From an uncultured bacterium (GTDB taxonomy: Bacteria > Hinthialibacterota > Hinthialibacteria > Hinthialibacterales > Hinthialibacteraceae), in the NCBI GenBank assembly GCA_964412555.1, contig CAYPPG010000047.1:1-63403 (forward strand): a DNA stretch of 63,403 nt. Direction: 5' to 3'. Position 1 is the stretch's first letter. Each line of letters begins with the position of its first letter. The notes below the pieces were generated by a model, which was not told the DNA's origin, did not search any database, and worked only from the letters and a program-made list of their open reading frames with translations. Made by a program: the position numbers and the translations under genes. Below are positions 61,034 through 63,403 of this stretch, piece by piece.

Positions 61034-62572
61034 TTAATAAATCATGAAATCATGTACAGATGTTCCGCCAAAATCAGCGCCCACATCTGCAGCCGCTCCG
61101 GAGGCGACTGTGTACGGCGGACCGGCGAAAGGATCATTCGGATTGATCGATGGATTGTCGAAAGTCACAGTGGATTCGGTTCCCTGAATGTCAACATTGG
61201 GAAGTTTGGCATCTTCTTCCACAATCACGTTATTGCCGTCAAAGACATTGTTCGAACCGGTTACAGTCAGGTTTTGAATGAGACCGTCGTCGATTGCATC
61301 ATCCGATTCAAAAAAACTTCCGCTGGCATCATCGGCAGTGAGTACAGCGACATTGGAATTTTGGAAAATACAATTATCGACGGTAGCGGTACGTGCCCGG
61401 CCGGCACTGTCCACGAAGCGAATCACGACAGGATTGTCGACAAAGGTGCAGCCTTCGATGGTCACCGGCGGATCGGTGCCGTCATTGCGGATGCGAATCG
61501 CTGCGGCACTGGAACTGAATCCGAACGTGCCATCAAGCAGATCGGAATCTATATTATCGACAAAGAGAGAATTCGTCACCGTCAGTTCCGGAGTAAAGCC
61601 GGATCGGCCTACTGTTTCCACCGCTCCTGCATCGGCCCCCTCATCACCCGGTTGCTTCATGTTATTGTGAAAAATTGAAGACTCGACTAGAAACGTTCCT
61701 TTGCCGGAAGCTCTTAAGCCGTGGAGATTGGTGGTAAGATAGGAATTTCTTACTTCGATATTATTCGCTTGATCCCGTCCACGAATGATCATGGCCACAT
61801 CATTGTTATTAAACGTGCAACCATCGAACGTGGCTTGGAAGGGCACATCTTCGAGATTCACTCCGGCGGCATCCGCATCACCTTGTGAATAGCCATGAAA
61901 GTAAATGGCGTCGACATTACCGCGTTGGTCACCCACTTGCCCGTTGAATTCGCAATTGTTGAAGGTATACGTGTTATCGACACCTTTGCCGGCGGCATCA
62001 ACAGCGTTATTGAAGTTAATCAGCGCTTCACCAGGGGTGACAACATCCTGATGGGCGAAAAGAACATTGTTGAAGACGGCGTTATGAGCCTGACCATTCA
62101 TTCCATATTGATCCGCATCGATGATGGAAGCTTGCAGGATTTCGATATTTTCGACCGTTAAATTTTTCCCATAAAAGGAAAGAGTTGCGATGAAATTATC
62201 GCCAATATCCTCGTTAAACACTCCATAGGCAACCGGATCGATAGTAATGGGATTAATTTTAGGACGATTGCTTGGATCGGCGCCGCGGAGAGTGAATGGG
62301 TCGCGATTTTGCGCGTCGATCTCATCCAAAAATCCGGTGGATGCTTCGTCAATCGGTGGAAGACCGCCTAATACAACTTGCTCGTCATATTCTTCACCAT
62401 CGATGATTTCAACGACATCCGGTTCTCCGTCACTTAATTCTGCTGACGTGAATGAATCAATCGCCGCCTGAATGCTGGTGTAGTCTGCGCCTGATTTACC
62501 AACGGTTTTGGTTGTGGCAAACCCGGTAACAGCCACACTCAAAACAAGCATCAGAATTGAAAAATGCTTCAT
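61034..62572 (-). CDS. Secreted, very acidic pectin-lyase-fold/beta-helix protein with a short C-terminal tail
   Basis: Signal peptide; TVG...DYTSIQAAID; repeated 'NC.F.N/N..F..N' coils; AAGGAGG RBS; ends GGTSVHDFMIY. Confidence 0.75.
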   Translation of the reverse strand: MKHFSILMLVLSVAVTGFATTKTVGKSGADYTSIQAAIDSFTSAELSDGEPDVVEIIDGEEYDEQVVLGGLPPIDEASTGFLDEIDAQNRDPFTLRGADPSNRPKINPITIDPVAYGVFNEDIGDNFIATLSFYGKNLTVENIEILQASIIDADQYGMNGQAHNAVFNNVLFAHQDVVTPGEALINFNNAVDAAGKGVDNTYTFNNCEFNGQVGDQRGNVDAIYFHGYSQGDADAAGVNLEDVPFQATFDGCTFNNNDVAMIIRGRDQANNIEVRNSYLTTNLHGLRASGKGTFLVESSIFHNNMKQPGDEGADAGAVETVGRSGFTPELTVTNSLFVDNIDSDLLDGTFGFSSSAAAIRIRNDGTDPPVTIEGCTFVDNPVVIRFVDSAGRARTATVDNCIFQNSNVAVLTADDASGSFFESDDAIDDGLIQNLTVTGSNNVFDGNNVIVEEDAKLPNVDIQGTESTVTFDNPSINPNDPFAGPPYTVASGAAADVGADFGGTSVHDFMIY

Positions 62573-62845
62573 TATAAAAACCTCCTTACTCTTTTTTGTT
62601 TTTTCTTATTCGTGCAATAAATCACTCAATTCACACTGAAAATTTTCTATTGAATCACCTCCTTGTTGAATGATTGAATAAAATCAGGTCAAGAGATGAA
62701 ACAATCTCTTGCTTCTCATAGACGTCTATACAACACTGCGAAAGATCATTATGAAGTGAAAAATTCATCTTTGCAAGTGAACTTTTATTTTTTTGCCGTA
62801 GAATTATCATCAAATGAAAGAAGTATAGGAATCTACAAAATTACC

Positions 62846-63157
62846 ATGAAACAAGTAAAAGTATTGTATCGAATCCGCTGTACAGCGGAAGAAGTAGAAC
62901 AAGCAAGCCGGGATATTGCTTTCGAACAAACCGTCGAAGTACCGGAAGCGTTAGTGACATCAACAGCGATCCTTGAAGAGGTAGTGGGAAAAGTACACTC
63001 AATCGAACCGGTACCCGAGCAACCGAATCAATTTCAAGTTGTGATTGATTACAATCTTGATTTGACCGTTTATCAGCTTCCACAGTTTTTGAACCTAGTT
63101 TATGGCAACATCTCGATCAAAAACAATATACATCTATACGAGCCTCATGTAAAATAG
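62846..63157 (+). pseudogene. RuBisCO-like protein (form IV) N-terminal domain, truncated
   Basis: V.Y...A..IAFEQTVE...GKV...I.Y...LN.VYGNIS, then stop after about 103 aa (full length about 360-420 aa). Confidence 0.75.
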
Positions 63158-63282
63158 ACCATAGATGCAAGCTAAATCTTCAAAATATACTTTTTCCAGC
63201 AAATGCAGCCTCTCGACTGCATGAATTGCTCAATTGAACTCTTTTTTACAAATTTGCAGACAAACCACACCTTTTCATCTTG

Positions 63283-63403
63283 AAAAAAGGTCATCCCGGC
63301 ACGAGTCGGGCACGACCGGAAACAATTCACCGGCAAGAATAACACCGTCTGGATCGCTGCCCGGACTGCGGCGGCCCGTTACAGCAGTGCAACGGTAAAC
63401 AAA
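63283..63403 (+). mobile_element. IS66-family transposase remnant with internal stop, runs off the window
   Basis: My translation: KKGHPGTSRARPETIHRQE*HRLDRCPDCGGPL. GH.G plus CPxCGG is the IS66 TnpC Zn-binding region; TAA at 63340-63342. Confidence 0.7.

Noticed and set aside
62846-63157. Bona fide RuBisCO/Calvin cycle
   Set aside because: The short N-terminus with EQTVE is RLP-like, the gene is truncated, and no cbbS/prk is nearby.

Overview
63.4-kb bacterial chromosomal window, mostly housekeeping and cell-envelope genes from a diderm (LPS heptose genes). Core blocks: rpsB-tsf-pyrH-frr, tig-clpP-clpX-carD-like, ligA, GTP-PEPCK, aceE-aceF-lpdA with a divergent lipoate ligase, and Ktr/Trk K+ uptake. 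Many exported sulfatases and glycan-active proteins are interspersed. The style of the GspG-like pilin, dockerin-like and Tat proteins suggests a Sumerlaeota/Hinthialibacterota(OLB16)-like lineage (inference only). No rRNA, tRNA or CRISPR array was seen. Best leads: (1) possible parts of an uncharacterised surface-display system, namely a secreted acidic beta-helix protein ending in a short tail (TSVHDFMIY), a stand-alone GspG-like pilin and a dockerin-like protein; (2) a nested toxin-antitoxin 'graveyard' at 31.7-32.5 kb whose YefM-type TGTACA operator is still intact; (3) a dispersed REP-like hairpin family with covarying stems; (4) a RuBisCO-like gene truncated next to an IS66 remnant; (5) a structured rpsB leader with alternative hairpins. 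All protein calls come from motif recognition by eye; no database search was run.
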